Of a stretch of 64,000 nucleotides of DNA, positions 8,832 to 19,372 are shown one piece after another (within the stretch, counting starts at the first letter, position 1; each line of letters opens with the position of its first letter). Made by a program: the position numbers and the translations under genes. Source of the stretch: Ignavibacteriota bacterium (lineage in GTDB: Bacteria > Bacteroidota > Ignavibacteria > UBA10030 > CAVZMI01); the NCBI GenBank assembly GCA_963776275.1, contig CAVZMI010000020.1, forward strand, positions 96,001 to 160,000. The letters run 5' to 3'. Under the pieces are notes generated by a model, which saw nothing but the letters and a program-made list of their open reading frames with translations, had not been told where the DNA came from and made no database searches.

Positions 8832-11317
8832 ATGCAAAAGCAACGTCTGCATATTGTGATTCGCGGTGCGGTTCAGGGAGTCGGCTTCCGTCCGTTTATC
8901 TATCGCCTTGCCACCGACATGCGCCTCGCCGGATGGGTGATCAATTCTACTCAGGGTGTTCTCATCGAGGTTGAAGGCGAAAGACCTGATCTCGATGAGT
9001 TCATTCTGCGTTTAACGCATGAAAAACCTCCTCGTGCTTTTATCCAGAGTCTGGAGCCGTCACTGCTTGATCCTGTCGGTTTTACATCGTTTGAAATCCG
9101 GGAGAGCGATGACCGGGGTACCCCGAGCGCACTCGTTATGCCCGATATAGCAACATGTCCGGACTGCCTTCGGGAAATATTTGATCCGACAAATCGCCGG
9201 TATCGTTATCCTTTTACAAACTGTACAAATTGCGGACCCAGATTCACAATCATTGAATCACTTCCCTACGACCGGCCTTCAACGACAATGAAGCAATTTA
9301 TCATGTGCGACATGTGCCGGAAGGAATATGAAGACCCGCTAGACCGGCGCTTTCATGCACAGCCGAATGCCTGTCCGGAATGCGGCCCCCACCTCGAACT
9401 CTGGAATATTCAGGGAAATATTACAGCAACGCATTTTGAAGCTTTAAAAACTGCAGCAGAGATGATCCGGTCTGGAAATATTGTTGCCGTCAAAGGACTC
9501 GGAGGATTTCATCTCATTGTCGATGCACGGAACGATGATGCTGTTCTAAACCTTCGCGCCCGTAAACATCATGAAGAAAAACCGTTTGCGGTTATGGTCC
9601 CTTCGCTCGACACCGTAAAAAAGCTCTGTGAGGTCTCGGCACTCGAAGAACGACTTCTCATATCGCCGGAATCTCCAATTGTTCTATTGCAAAAAAGAGA
9701 TGACTATCAAGACTTTCAACTTTCAACTTTCAACCCGAAACTATCGAACGCCGTTTCCCCCGGCAATCCTTATCTCGGCATCATGCTCCCGTATACTCCA
9801 CTCCATCATTTACTCATGAAAGAACTCGGGTTCCCGGTCGTCGCGACCAGCGGAAATCTTTCAGACGAACCTATTTGTATCGATGAACATGAAGCCCTGT
9901 CGCGTCTCCAGCATATAGCCGATGCATTTCTTATACACAACCGGTCCATACTGCGTCATGTCGACGATTCCATTGTACGTATAATGGCAGGCCGGGAGCT
10001 CGTTCTACGACGAGCACGGGGGTTTGCTCCGCTCCCAATTCCAATGCGCGTGTCTGAAATTCCTTCGATGCTTGCAGTCGGCGCCCATTTGAAAAACACC
10101 GTCGCGATCACGGCGGGCAGTAATACATTTATCAGTCAGCACATAGGCGATCTCGAAACACACGAAGCATTGACGGCATTTAAGAATGTGATCGCGAGTC
10201 TGCAGACGCTCTATTCGTTTACACCGACGACAGTAGTGTGTGATGAGCATCCTGATTATCTCTCGACAAAACATGCCCGCAGTATGGGAATCGAGATTCT
10301 TCCGGTTCAGCATCATTATGCCCACATCGCTTCATGCATGGCGGAAAACGAACTGAATGGCAAGGTTCTAGGAGTTTCATGGGACGGAACGGGCTATGGC
10401 CTTGACGGGACAATCTGGGGTGGAGAATTTTTATTAATAGATGAGAACGGATTCAATCGCGTCGCAACGTTTCGTCCTTTCCCTCTTCCGGGAGGCGATC
10501 AGGCAATTCGTGAACCGCGAAGAATCGCCCTTGGAATGTTGTATGCAAAAGCAGGAGACGAAGCATTCAAACAGAACGATCTTGCCTGTATAAAAGCATT
10601 CACACAATCTGAGCTTTCGGTCATTCAGACAATGCTTCAAAAGAAAATCAATTCTCCTTTGACGTCGAGTATCGGACGGCTTTTCGACGGTGTTGCCTCG
10701 ATAATCGGACTTCGACAGCGGACGAATTACGAGGGCGAAACAGCCATGGAACTAGAATTTGCTACGATCCGGCAAGTTACCGATGAATCATATTCTTATA
10801 CTATAGTGGAAGGAAAAACCGATAACCTTCAACCTTCAACTCTCGCCCTGAGCGATCCCGAGCGAGTCCCGCGGTCCGTCCCGAGCGAACCCTGAGCTTG
10901 CTTGCCGCGAGCTCGGTCGAGCGGTCGAAGGGTGTCGAGGGAAGCGGGACGAGTCGAGGGGAAGTCGAAGGGTTATACCTTAAACATCTTTTTTATATAG
11001 ATTGGTTTCCCATGATTGGAGGAATAGTATCTGACCATACTCATGGAATTGCGGTCGGTCATATTTCAACAAAATTCCATAATACATTGACTGAGATTAT
11101 TATTTCCGTTGTAAAAAAAATTCAACAACAACGCGTGGCACTCAGCGGCGGATGTTTTCAAAACAAATATCTTACCGAGAGAACAATCCGGCGTCTTCAG
11201 GAAGAAGGCTTCAAGCCATACTGGCACCAACGTGTGCCGCCGAATGATGGGGGCATTTCGCTCGGACAAATTGCCGCAGCACTTCGACTGAAAAAAGGAA
11301 TTGATAAACTGCATTAA
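8832..11317 (+). CDS. hypF: Carbamoyltransferase HypF, split by a one-base frame break inside a nested palindromic insertion
   Basis: VQGVGFRP acylphosphatase domain, zinc fingers, KGLGGFHL, QHHYAH, DGTGYG; C-terminal ALSGGCFQN and PNDGGISLGQ lie in a different frame (10898-11317). Confidence 0.92.
9712..9742 (+). repeat. Heptamer tandem tract (ACTTTCA)3 inside hypF, in frame
   Basis: actttca actttca actttca acccgaa act, encoding DFQLSTFNPKL. Confidence 0.7.
10842..10972 (+). repeat. Six-layer nested palindromic (REP-like) insertion in hypF
   Basis: Concentric arm pairs such as CCCTGAGCGA/AGTCGAAGGG, TCCCGC/GCGGGA and CCCTGAGCTTG/TCGAAGGG around CCGCGAGCTCGGTCGAGCGG. Confidence 0.85.
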
Positions 11318-11426
11318 ACACCATTACTCGACTTGATGTCGAGTGTGGTGATTAAATTTTTATTGATAATTGTATCACTGGTAAAAATCTCGTACACTAA
11401 TATTATTATTCCTATAGGGAGTTTGT

Positions 11427-11687
11427 ATGTGTCTGGCAATACCGGGGAAGGTTTTAGAAATATACCGCTCAGGCGATCTGTTAATGGGCAAGGTGAGTTT
11501 TGGAGGGATTCAGAAAGAGGTGTGCCTTGATTGGGAGCCGGAGGTGAAGGTTGGTGAATATGTGATTGTCCATGTCGGTTTTGCCATAAGTACAATGGAT
11601 GAAGAAGAAGCCCGGGAGACGCTGAAGATGCTGGAACAGATGGAGAGGGGATCGGACGAACTGAAAGATCTTGATCCGAACGCGTGA
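11427..11687 (+). CDS. hypC: Hydrogenase assembly chaperone HypC/HupF
   Basis: MCLAIPG start, YVIVHVGFAI. Confidence 0.96.
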   Translation: MCLAIPGKVLEIYRSGDLLMGKVSFGGIQKEVCLDWEPEVKVGEYVIVHVGFAISTMDEEEARETLKMLEQMERGSDELKDLDPNA

Positions 11688-11724
11688 CTCACACCCTTTT
11701 TCCCTCGATCAGGAGAATTCAACA

Positions 11725-12465
11725 ATGAAAATATTTTCGACAATTCTTTTTTTTATTATCTTTTACTCCCCTCTCTTTCCACAATCAGCCGAGGAAATTA
11801 TCAGGAAATCAGAAAATCTCATAAAGGGAAACTCATGCCAGGGAACGTTTATCATGACCGTCGTAACTCCCGATTACAGCCGCCGCATGGAAATGGAAAG
11901 CTGGTGGGTGGGAAATGATAAGGCGCTCATTGTGATCAAGTCTCCGAAAAAAGAAGCAGGCAATAAAACGCTGAAGATTAAAAACGAAATGTGGAGCTAT
12001 TTGAAGAATACGGAAACAACAATAAAATTACCCCCGTCGATGATGCTGCAATCGTGGAATGGATCCGACTTCACAAACGATGACCTTGTTCGCGAATCAA
12101 ACCTGAACGAAGATTACGTACAAAAAATTATAGGGCAGGATGATGTGCAGGGAGAGCGGTGCTGGAAGATCGAGCTCCTTCCGAGACCTACTGCACCTGT
12201 AGTTTGGGGACGGCTGTTATACTGGGTAAGACAGGCAGATTATCTCCCTGCAACCGTCGAGTATTACGATGAAAAAGGAAAGTTGATGCGTTCAATGGTG
12301 TATTCGGATTTCAAGATAATGGGCGGCCGGAAACTTCCGAGTCGATGGGAAATGGTGAATAAGGTAAAGCCGGGACATTCGACGACATTCGAGCTCGTCG
12401 ATGTGACATTTGATATACCGATCAGCAATAAGATTTTTTCATTTCGTGAATTGGAACGGAGATAG
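11725..12465 (+). CDS. Outer-membrane lipoprotein-sorting (LolA-like) periplasmic protein
   Basis: Signal peptide, SMMLQSWNGSDFTNDD motif; precedes FtsX-like permeases; AGGAG RBS. Confidence 0.8.
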   Translation: MKIFSTILFFIIFYSPLFPQSAEEIIRKSENLIKGNSCQGTFIMTVVTPDYSRRMEMESWWVGNDKALIVIKSPKKEAGNKTLKIKNEMWSYLKNTETTIKLPPSMMLQSWNGSDFTNDDLVRESNLNEDYVQKIIGQDDVQGERCWKIELLPRPTAPVVWGRLLYWVRQADYLPATVEYYDEKGKLMRSMVYSDFKIMGGRKLPSRWEMVNKVKPGHSTTFELVDVTFDIPISNKIFSFRELERR

Positions 12466-12491
12466 TATTTTTGGTAATATATTGACTTCAA

Positions 12492-12745
12492 CTCTGTGAC
12501 CTTTGCGGATTCTCTTGCGCCGGAGGCACGCCTACGGCAAAGCCTTCGGCGTCCGTAGGCGCATGCGCCTTTGGCGCAGTGTCCTCCGCGGCAGTGCTCC
12601 TAATATTAATTTCGATTCAGAGAAGGGAGCACAGCACTACAAAAAGGCTGTTCGCAACTGGGGTATTATATTTAATCATGGTAAAAATATAACCACAGAA
12701 TACACGGAGTACTCTTCAATGGCTTTATAGGCGGAGGACACAGAG
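12492..12745. repeat. Long inverted-repeat structure whose left arm is split by a 63-bp nested hairpin (12516-12578)
   Basis: ctct|insert|gtgtcctccgc is complementary to gcggaggacacagag (12731-12745). Confidence 0.75.
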
Positions 12746-12775
12746 ATTTAAAAATCATTTTCAGTCCATACAGAT

Positions 12776-14002
12776 ATGAAACTTCTTCTAAAACTTGGCT
12801 GGCGAAATATCTGGCGAAACAAGCGGCGCTCGCTTCTGACGATTCTGGCCGTTGTCTTTGCCGTGTTTCTCACCATTGTCATGCGTGGGGCACAGGTCGG
12901 AACATGGGAAGAGAACATCAAGGCCATGGCGAAAATGTTTTCGGGATATGTCCAGATCCAGCGGGAAGGATATCAGAAGAATCCATCTCTTCAGCTCTGT
13001 GTTGTTCAAACGGATTCACTTCGAACCCTCATCGCGGGGAATCCGGCAATTGCCGCTGCGACACCCCGTATTTACGGAGAGGGACTTGCCAGTTATAAGG
13101 AACATTCGCTTGGCGTCATGATCCTCGGCATCTCGCCGGCAACCGAGCAGCGCGTATCAACCTTTCAGTCGCGGCTCAACCGGGGAACATTCTTTTCCTC
13201 AGATACCGGTACTGCGATTGTTGTCGGATATAAACTCCTGCAGAATCTCAATGCTGCAATAGGTGATACTATCGTTGTGCTTGCACAGGGAATCGACGGA
13301 TCGCTCGGAAACATGAAATATACGATCACCGGCACTGTGAAAACCGGAGCTCCGGAATTCGACGCCATGGGAATTTTCATGGGACTCGCCGCAGCACAGG
13401 ACCTTCTCGGTATGCAGAACCGGGTCCACGCGATCGTACTTACTCTCAACAATCTTGACGATATTCCCGGCGTCCAGCATTACCTGACACAATCGCTCGA
13501 TCCGCATCTTACCGCCATGACGTGGGAAGATGTTAATCCGGACCTGAAACAGCATATGGAGGTGGATACAACCAGCGCCATTTTGTATGCCGGCATCCTC
13601 ATGGTTATTGTCGCATTCGGCATTTTGAACACCGTGCTAATGTCCGTCACGGAGCGTTTCCGCGAATTCGGTGTTTCACTTTCCATGGGAATGCCGAATT
13701 CGACTCTTGTGAAATTGATTTTTCTCGAGACGGCTTTCATGGCAGTCGTCGGTATCATCATCGGGAATATCATCGCAGCAATCATCAATTATACGATCAT
13801 CACTCATCCGATTATTATCGGAGGTAATCTGGGTGATCTCTATCAGCAATACGGGTTTATGCCGAAGATCGTCTCAAGTCTTAAATTTCACCTTTTTCGA
13901 AATGCGTCTATATCAATTTTTATTATTTCACTTATTTCGTGCATTTATCCTGCATATCGTGTGGCAAAATTAGAACCGTTAAAGGGTTTACATCACGTAT
14001 AA
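12776..14002 (+). CDS. ABC transporter permease (FtsX/LolE/MacB-like)
   Basis: WRNIWRNKRRS start, GILNTVLMSVTERFREFG, C-terminal YPAYRVAKLEP. Confidence 0.9.
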   Translation: MKLLLKLGWRNIWRNKRRSLLTILAVVFAVFLTIVMRGAQVGTWEENIKAMAKMFSGYVQIQREGYQKNPSLQLCVVQTDSLRTLIAGNPAIAAATPRIYGEGLASYKEHSLGVMILGISPATEQRVSTFQSRLNRGTFFSSDTGTAIVVGYKLLQNLNAAIGDTIVVLAQGIDGSLGNMKYTITGTVKTGAPEFDAMGIFMGLAAAQDLLGMQNRVHAIVLTLNNLDDIPGVQHYLTQSLDPHLTAMTWEDVNPDLKQHMEVDTTSAILYAGILMVIVAFGILNTVLMSVTERFREFGVSLSMGMPNSTLVKLIFLETAFMAVVGIIIGNIIAAIINYTIITHPIIIGGNLGDLYQQYGFMPKIVSSLKFHLFRNASISIFIISLISCIYPAYRVAKLEPLKGLHHV

Positions 14003-14007
14003 CGACT

Positions 14008-15222
14008 ATGCTCTTCAAACTTTCATGGCGGAATATATGGCGCAATAAACGCCGGTCATTGATCGTGATGACTGCAATCGCGATCGGAATCACGGCGCTT
14101 GTCCTGACCGATGCAATTTATAACGGACTCCTCATCGAGATGCTCGATAATCAGATCCGGTCGCACATTGCGCATATCGAAATCCACTCCAGGGGATTCA
14201 ACGATAACAAGATAATTGAAAATTCCATGAAGGAATATGAGAACGTAGAAAAGGTTCTCAGCACCAACCCGAACATTGCATGTTTCAGCAGACGAGTCAT
14301 CACGTACGGTATAATCAGCAGTGCCTCCAACTCTTCGGGAATAACCATCGTCGGAGTTGATCCGGCCAGGGAAGCAAATATTACAAAAATCAAAGCGTCT
14401 ATTATTGCCGGACATTATCTCGACTCAACTAAAAACGAAATCATTATCAGTAAAAAACTGGCTGAAAAACTCTCGGTTGAACTTGAGGACAAGATTGTCC
14501 TTATGGCTTCAGACGCTGATGGACGCGTGAGCTCCGATGCTTTCCGTGTCATCGGAATATTCGAGACTTCAGGAGCTGATTTCGATCGTGCATATATTTT
14601 TATTACTCTTCACCATGCCCAAAAGATGCTGGGATTAAACAATGCCATTTCGGAAATTGCGGTCATCACAAAGAACACCGACCAGCTTGCACAGACACAA
14701 TCCACAATTGTCTCATCGATTGGTGAATCATATGAAGTGCTTACATACTTTGATCTGATTCCGAATATCATCATGGTCGTCGAAGTGGGCAGACAGGCAA
14801 TGGTCATCTATTATCTAATCATCGGTATAGCCATACTTTTTGGTATCATCAACACCATGCTGATGTCCGTATTCGAGCGTACACGCGAGCTCGGAATTCT
14901 GATGGCGACCGGAATGAAAAATGTGCGCATTTTCAACATGATAATCGTTGAAGCCCTTTTTCTGAGTGCGATCGGAACCGTGGTCGGAATCGTCATAGGC
15001 TTGCTCATTTATGCACCTCTTGTTTCGAATGGCATTAACCTTTCGGCTGTAGGTGAAGGACTCACACTTGTTGGAGCGAGTCCCATCATCCATCCGATCC
15101 TGACGGTACAGGGAATGATAAATGCGATCACCATTATTCCTCTGATCTCGATGATCGCGGCAATTTATCCGGCATTCAAAGCGACGAGATTAGAGCCCGT
15201 ACGTGCAATTCAATATATTTGA
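14008..15222 (+). CDS. ABC transporter permease (FtsX/LolE/MacB-like), paralog of the upstream gene
   Basis: WRNIWRNKRRS, GIINTMLMSVFERTRELG. Confidence 0.9.
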   Translation: MLFKLSWRNIWRNKRRSLIVMTAIAIGITALVLTDAIYNGLLIEMLDNQIRSHIAHIEIHSRGFNDNKIIENSMKEYENVEKVLSTNPNIACFSRRVITYGIISSASNSSGITIVGVDPAREANITKIKASIIAGHYLDSTKNEIIISKKLAEKLSVELEDKIVLMASDADGRVSSDAFRVIGIFETSGADFDRAYIFITLHHAQKMLGLNNAISEIAVITKNTDQLAQTQSTIVSSIGESYEVLTYFDLIPNIIMVVEVGRQAMVIYYLIIGIAILFGIINTMLMSVFERTRELGILMATGMKNVRIFNMIIVEALFLSAIGTVVGIVIGLLIYAPLVSNGINLSAVGEGLTLVGASPIIHPILTVQGMINAITIIPLISMIAAIYPAFKATRLEPVRAIQYI

Positions 15223-15240
15223 TCTGACTTGAGGTATTCC

Positions 15241-15924
15241 ATGGAAATAATTCACACCGAACACATCGAAAAAATATATGACGACGACGGGGTCCCCGTC
15301 CACGCACTCCACAACGTCACATTTTCAATACAAAAAGGCGAATTTCTTGCCATCGCCGGTCCTTCCGGTTCGGGTAAGACAACGCTCCTGAACATTATCG
15401 GTGCACTGGACAAGCCGACAAATGGAGAGGTCATTCTTGACGGCGACAAACTGACTGATAAACAGAAAGGGACTCTCTCAACACTTCGTCTCAATAAGAT
15501 CGGATTTGTATTCCAGGCGTACAATCTTATTCCCGTTCTTTCCGCTATGGAAAATATTGAATTTAAAATGATGCTGTTAAATATCCCTGAGCAGGTTCGA
15601 AGAGAACAATCAATGAAGATCATGGAGGAGCTCGGGATAGCCGAACTGGCCCACAAACGCCCCAATGAGATGAGCGGCGGACAGCAGCAGCGGGTTGCTG
15701 TCGCCCGGGCAATCGTGAATAATCCGCCGATTGTTCTGGCCGATGAACCTACGGCAAACCTCGATTCCGTAACGGCATTTTCACTGATTGATATCATGAG
15801 AAAAATGAATGAAGAAAAAAAGATCACGTTCGTTTTTTCATCACATGATCATCAGGTATTACAGAATGCCCGTCGTGTCATCCTTTTGCGTGACGGCCGT
15901 ATCGAGCAGGATATCGCGCAATGA
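15241..15924 (+). CDS. ABC transporter ATP-binding protein (LolD-like)
   Basis: GPSGSGKT, MSGGQQQR, LADEPT. Confidence 0.93.
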   Translation: MEIIHTEHIEKIYDDDGVPVHALHNVTFSIQKGEFLAIAGPSGSGKTTLLNIIGALDKPTNGEVILDGDKLTDKQKGTLSTLRLNKIGFVFQAYNLIPVLSAMENIEFKMMLLNIPEQVRREQSMKIMEELGIAELAHKRPNEMSGGQQQRVAVARAIVNNPPIVLADEPTANLDSVTAFSLIDIMRKMNEEKKITFVFSSHDHQVLQNARRVILLRDGRIEQDIAQ

Positions 15925-15947
15925 AAATGACGCTTTGCCACGATGTT

Positions 15948-16027
15948 CGTCATTCCGTTCCGGCTTTTTACCCTGAGCCTGCCTGCCCCGAGCCTGTCGA
16001 GGGGTCGAAGGGTGTCGGGACGGGATC
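15948..16027 (+). repeat. Nested palindromic repeat (three to four layers)
   Basis: cgtcattccgttccggc..[ccctgagcctg[cctgccccgagcctgtcgagggg]tcgaaggg]tgtcgggacgggatc. Confidence 0.8.
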
Positions 16028-16117
16028 TGATAAATAGATCGGTTGTATACAATTATGTGAAATCTTATTTGTCCAAAATAAACTCAAAAAAATACATAAT
16101 CATTAGTCGGTTACTGA

Positions 16118-16308
16118 GTCCCGATAGGGACGGAATCTTGTTAGGATTTTTTAAATAGTCAATATAATTCATAACCCCGTCAGGGGTGAAATCTGCTCTT
16201 TCCAGATGTCGCTCCTGTCGGAGCTCGAATTCTCTATTGCCTGTCGAATTCTGCCAAGATTTCACGTCCGCCGACCTATCGGTCGTCGAGATCGTTGACC
16301 TACGGCGT
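16118..16308. repeat. Cluster of four short REP-like hairpins, two forward and two reverse
   Basis: gtcccgatagggac-ggaatct, accccgtcaggggt-gaaatct, agatgtc-gctcctgtcggagc, agatttc-acg...cctacggcgt (last one interrupted). Confidence 0.65.
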
Positions 16309-16406
16309 TCTTTCAAAAAACGAAATTATCAAATCTTATTCGTTCTAGGATTTATTTTGGACAGCACTGATGTGAAATATATTTTGAGAATGAGCAATAT
16401 CTAAAT

Positions 16407-17564
16407 ATGAGATTTATGAACCGTTTTTTCTTAACTATTATAATTCTTTTTTTATTTTCACAATCTACCCTCGCCCAATACGAATTTTCGTTCTCCGGGT
16501 ATGTTGTCGACCTCCCCGTCTATCAACGGATGAACGATTGGATCTCGAATCTTATCCGGGCCGACAGGGATCAATTCGTCAATGTAACACGGCTTCGACT
16601 TCGCCCCGACCTTACGCTCTGGACCGATGCGCGTCTGGTACTCGAATACGAAGCAACTTCGGCCTACCACTCGACCTCCGTATTGATGCCACTCCAGCAG
16701 GAGGAACCCCGCCGGCAGGTCATGAAGCTGACATGGCAGCCTGTCAACGAATCGCACTTTTCATTGCTCCATTTTATCGATCGATTTACATTCACACAAC
16801 GACTCGGCAGTATCGAATTTGTCCTCGGACGACAGAGAATCTCCTGGGGAACCGGACGCATCTGGAATCCGACGGACCTTTTCAATCCGCTCAACCCGAC
16901 CAGCTTTGCAAAAATCGAGAAAGATGGCGTCGATGCATTTTCGACAAAATTCTTCCTCGGTGAATTTACCGATCTTCAATTTGTCGTTAACCCGCAAAAA
17001 AACCAGCACGGCAATGCCGGCTACCGGTTCCGTACGAATTTCGAGGAATTTGATATTTCAACCGTCGGCGGGATTTTCGACGACCGATTGATCATCGGCG
17101 GTGATTTCGCAGGGAATTTACTCGATGCAGGCGTCCGCGGTGAACTGATCGTTTCCACAGAGCGCGAGAACTTGAGCTCAAATTTCACTACATTTATTCT
17201 TGGAGCCGATTATCAGTTTACCTCGAAATTGTACGCTCTGGTTGAGTATCACCATAACGGAGAAGGGAAAAACGACCGAACATTGTACGAGCTCGTACGT
17301 TTAATCAACGGGGAGATCTTAAACCTGGCGCGCGACTATCTTGCCGTTCAGGCAATGTATCAGATCCATCCACTGGTCACGGCTTCGATCTCGACAATTG
17401 GAAACTTGAACGACGGGAGTCGGTTTTTCGCCATAATGGCAACATACTCCGTTACAGAAAATGCATCGCTGACACTCGGCGGACAGATTTTTATCGGAGA
17501 TCAGTTCACTGAATATTGGTACTACCCCGGCTCAATATTCTTAAAGGGTGAATTCTATTTTTGA
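16407..17564 (+). CDS. Putative outer-membrane beta-barrel protein of the ABC export cassette
   Basis: Signal peptide, GRQRISWGTG...WNPTD motif, C-terminal aromatic (EFYF). Confidence 0.75.
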   Translation: MRFMNRFFLTIIILFLFSQSTLAQYEFSFSGYVVDLPVYQRMNDWISNLIRADRDQFVNVTRLRLRPDLTLWTDARLVLEYEATSAYHSTSVLMPLQQEEPRRQVMKLTWQPVNESHFSLLHFIDRFTFTQRLGSIEFVLGRQRISWGTGRIWNPTDLFNPLNPTSFAKIEKDGVDAFSTKFFLGEFTDLQFVVNPQKNQHGNAGYRFRTNFEEFDISTVGGIFDDRLIIGGDFAGNLLDAGVRGELIVSTERENLSSNFTTFILGADYQFTSKLYALVEYHHNGEGKNDRTLYELVRLINGEILNLARDYLAVQAMYQIHPLVTASISTIGNLNDGSRFFAIMATYSVTENASLTLGGQIFIGDQFTEYWYYPGSIFLKGEFYF

Positions 17565-17573
17565 TGGTGAGGG

Positions 17574-18689
17574 ATGCGTTTCATTGACGAATACCGGGAT
17601 GCCGGCACTGCAAAAAAGTACGCCGAAAAAATCGCCGCTCTGATCACACATCCGTGGACAATCATGGAAATCTGCGGCGGTCAGACACATACGATAGTGA
17701 AATATGGAGTCGAATCTATGCTGCCCGATTCCATCACTCTTGTTCACGGTCCCGGCTGTCCTGTGTGTGTCACACCGCTGGAAATCATAGAAAAAGCAAT
17801 CCGCATAGCTTCGCAACCCGGGGTGATCTTTACCTCGTTCGGCGACATGCTGCGCGTCCCGGGTACACAAAAAGACCTGCTGACCGTTAAAGCCGAAGGC
17901 GGCGATATTCGAATCGTCTATTCTCCACTCGATGCCGTTAAAATAGCTCAAGAGAATCCCGAGAAGAAGGTTGTCTTTTTTGCAGTCGGTTTCGAGACTA
18001 CAGCACCCGCAAATGCAATGGCTGTATGGCAGGCAAAAAAAAACGGACTGAAAAATTTTTCGATTCTCTGCTCGCACGTTCTTGTTCCTCCGGCGATGGA
18101 GGCAATACTTTCATCGCCGACAAATTGTGTCCAGGGCTTTCTTGCAGCCGGACATGTTTGCACAGTCATGGGATTCGAGGAATACATACCGATTGCAGAA
18201 CGATATCATGTCCCCATTGTTGTCACCGGATTCGAACCGGTCGATATATTCCAGGGTCTGTATATGGTTATAAAACAGCTTGAAGAGGGTCGAACAGAAG
18301 TCGAGAACCAATACGGCCGATCGGTCCGGAAAGAAGGAAACCGGCCTGCACAAAAGTTGATAAGAGAAGTCTTTGCCACGACGCACCGGAAGTGGCGCGG
18401 CATCGGCGAAATTCCAATGAGCGGATACAGACTAAATGAAGATTATGCAGAATTTGATGCTGATAATCTCTTTAATTTAACCGGACTTGAAGTTCATGAA
18501 TCCCCGCTCTGCATCGCAGGCATTATACTTCAGGGTCGGAAGAAGCCTAACGATTGTACTGCATTCGGCACACAATGTACACCTGAACATCCTCTGGGGG
18601 CACCAATGGTCTCTTCGGAAGGAGCATGTGCTGCATATTATCATTATCAAAAGAATATCGGGAATGATGGTAATACATCTACACGGTAA
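17574..18689 (+). CDS. hypD: Hydrogenase formation protein HypD
   Basis: [35 protein letters not shown]. Confidence 0.96.
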   Translation: MRFIDEYRDAGTAKKYAEKIAALITHPWTIMEICGGQTHTIVKYGVESMLPDSITLVHGPGCPVCVTPLEIIEKAIRIASQPGVIFTSFGDMLRVPGTQKDLLTVKAEGGDIRIVYSPLDAVKIAQENPEKKVVFFAVGFETTAPANAMAVWQAKKNGLKNFSILCSHVLVPPAMEAILSSPTNCVQGFLAAGHVCTVMGFEEYIPIAERYHVPIVVTGFEPVDIFQGLYMVIKQLEEGRTEVENQYGRSVRKEGNRPAQKLIREVFATTHRKWRGIGEIPMSGYRLNEDYAEFDADNLFNLTGLEVHESPLCIAGIILQGRKKPNDCTAFGTQCTPEHPLGAPMVSSEGACAAYYHYQKNIGNDGNTSTR

Positions 18690-18733
18690 TTTTTTTCACC
18701 ATAAAAATTTCCAATAGAAAAAAAGAGGCTTTC

Positions 18734-19345
18734 GTGAAAAAAATTAATTTTAAGAAAGAACTAAAGCAATTATACAGTGCCCCGACAAAGACGCCGGTCA
18801 TGGTCAAAGTCCCAAGAATGAATTTTCTGATGATCTACGGAACCGGTGATCCCAATACATCTGTTAATTTTAAAAACGCTATCGAAGCTTTGTACAGTTT
18901 ATCGTATACAATGAAATTTGCTCTTAAAAAAGGAAAACCATCAATTGATTACGGAGTTCCTCCGCTTGAAGGATTATGGTGGACCGATTCAATGGCAGAT
19001 TTCAGTGTAGAAAATAAGGACATATGGAAATGGACCGTCATGATCATGCAGCCGAAGTATGTTACCCGGCTGCTTGTCAACCATGCGATCGAGAACGTGA
19101 GACAGAAAAAAGAGCTTCCTGCTCTTGATGCTGTCCGCTTTGAAGCCTATGCAGAAGCACATTCCGCACAGATAATGCATATAGGCCCTTTTTCTACAGA
19201 AGGACCGACAATTCAAAAATTACATTCATATATTAAAGAGAACGGATACAGTCTCCGCGGTAAACATCACGAGATTTATCTCAGTGATTTCCGGCGGGTC
19301 GCCCCGGAAAAATGGAAAACAATACTACGTCAACCATTAGAATAA
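18734..19345 (+). CDS. GyrI-like small-molecule-binding domain protein
   Basis: GTGDPN, PLEGLWW, HIGPF, HHEIYLSD, KTILRQP. Confidence 0.85.
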   Translation: MKKINFKKELKQLYSAPTKTPVMVKVPRMNFLMIYGTGDPNTSVNFKNAIEALYSLSYTMKFALKKGKPSIDYGVPPLEGLWWTDSMADFSVENKDIWKWTVMIMQPKYVTRLLVNHAIENVRQKKELPALDAVRFEAYAEAHSAQIMHIGPFSTEGPTIQKLHSYIKENGYSLRGKHHEIYLSDFRRVAPEKWKTILRQPLE

Positions 19346-19372
19346 AAAATCTTTAAGGAAGGAGAGAGGCGC

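Noticed and set aside
10893-10895. Selenocysteine or stop read-through at the hypF TGA followed by a hairpin
   Set aside because: The C-terminal half is in a different frame, so read-through alone would not restore HypF
12503-12730. Short ORFs over repeat nests (also 15943-16158, 16065-16316, 55089-55283, 61554-61820)
   Set aside because: They are translations of palindromic repeats with no RBS or protein-family signal
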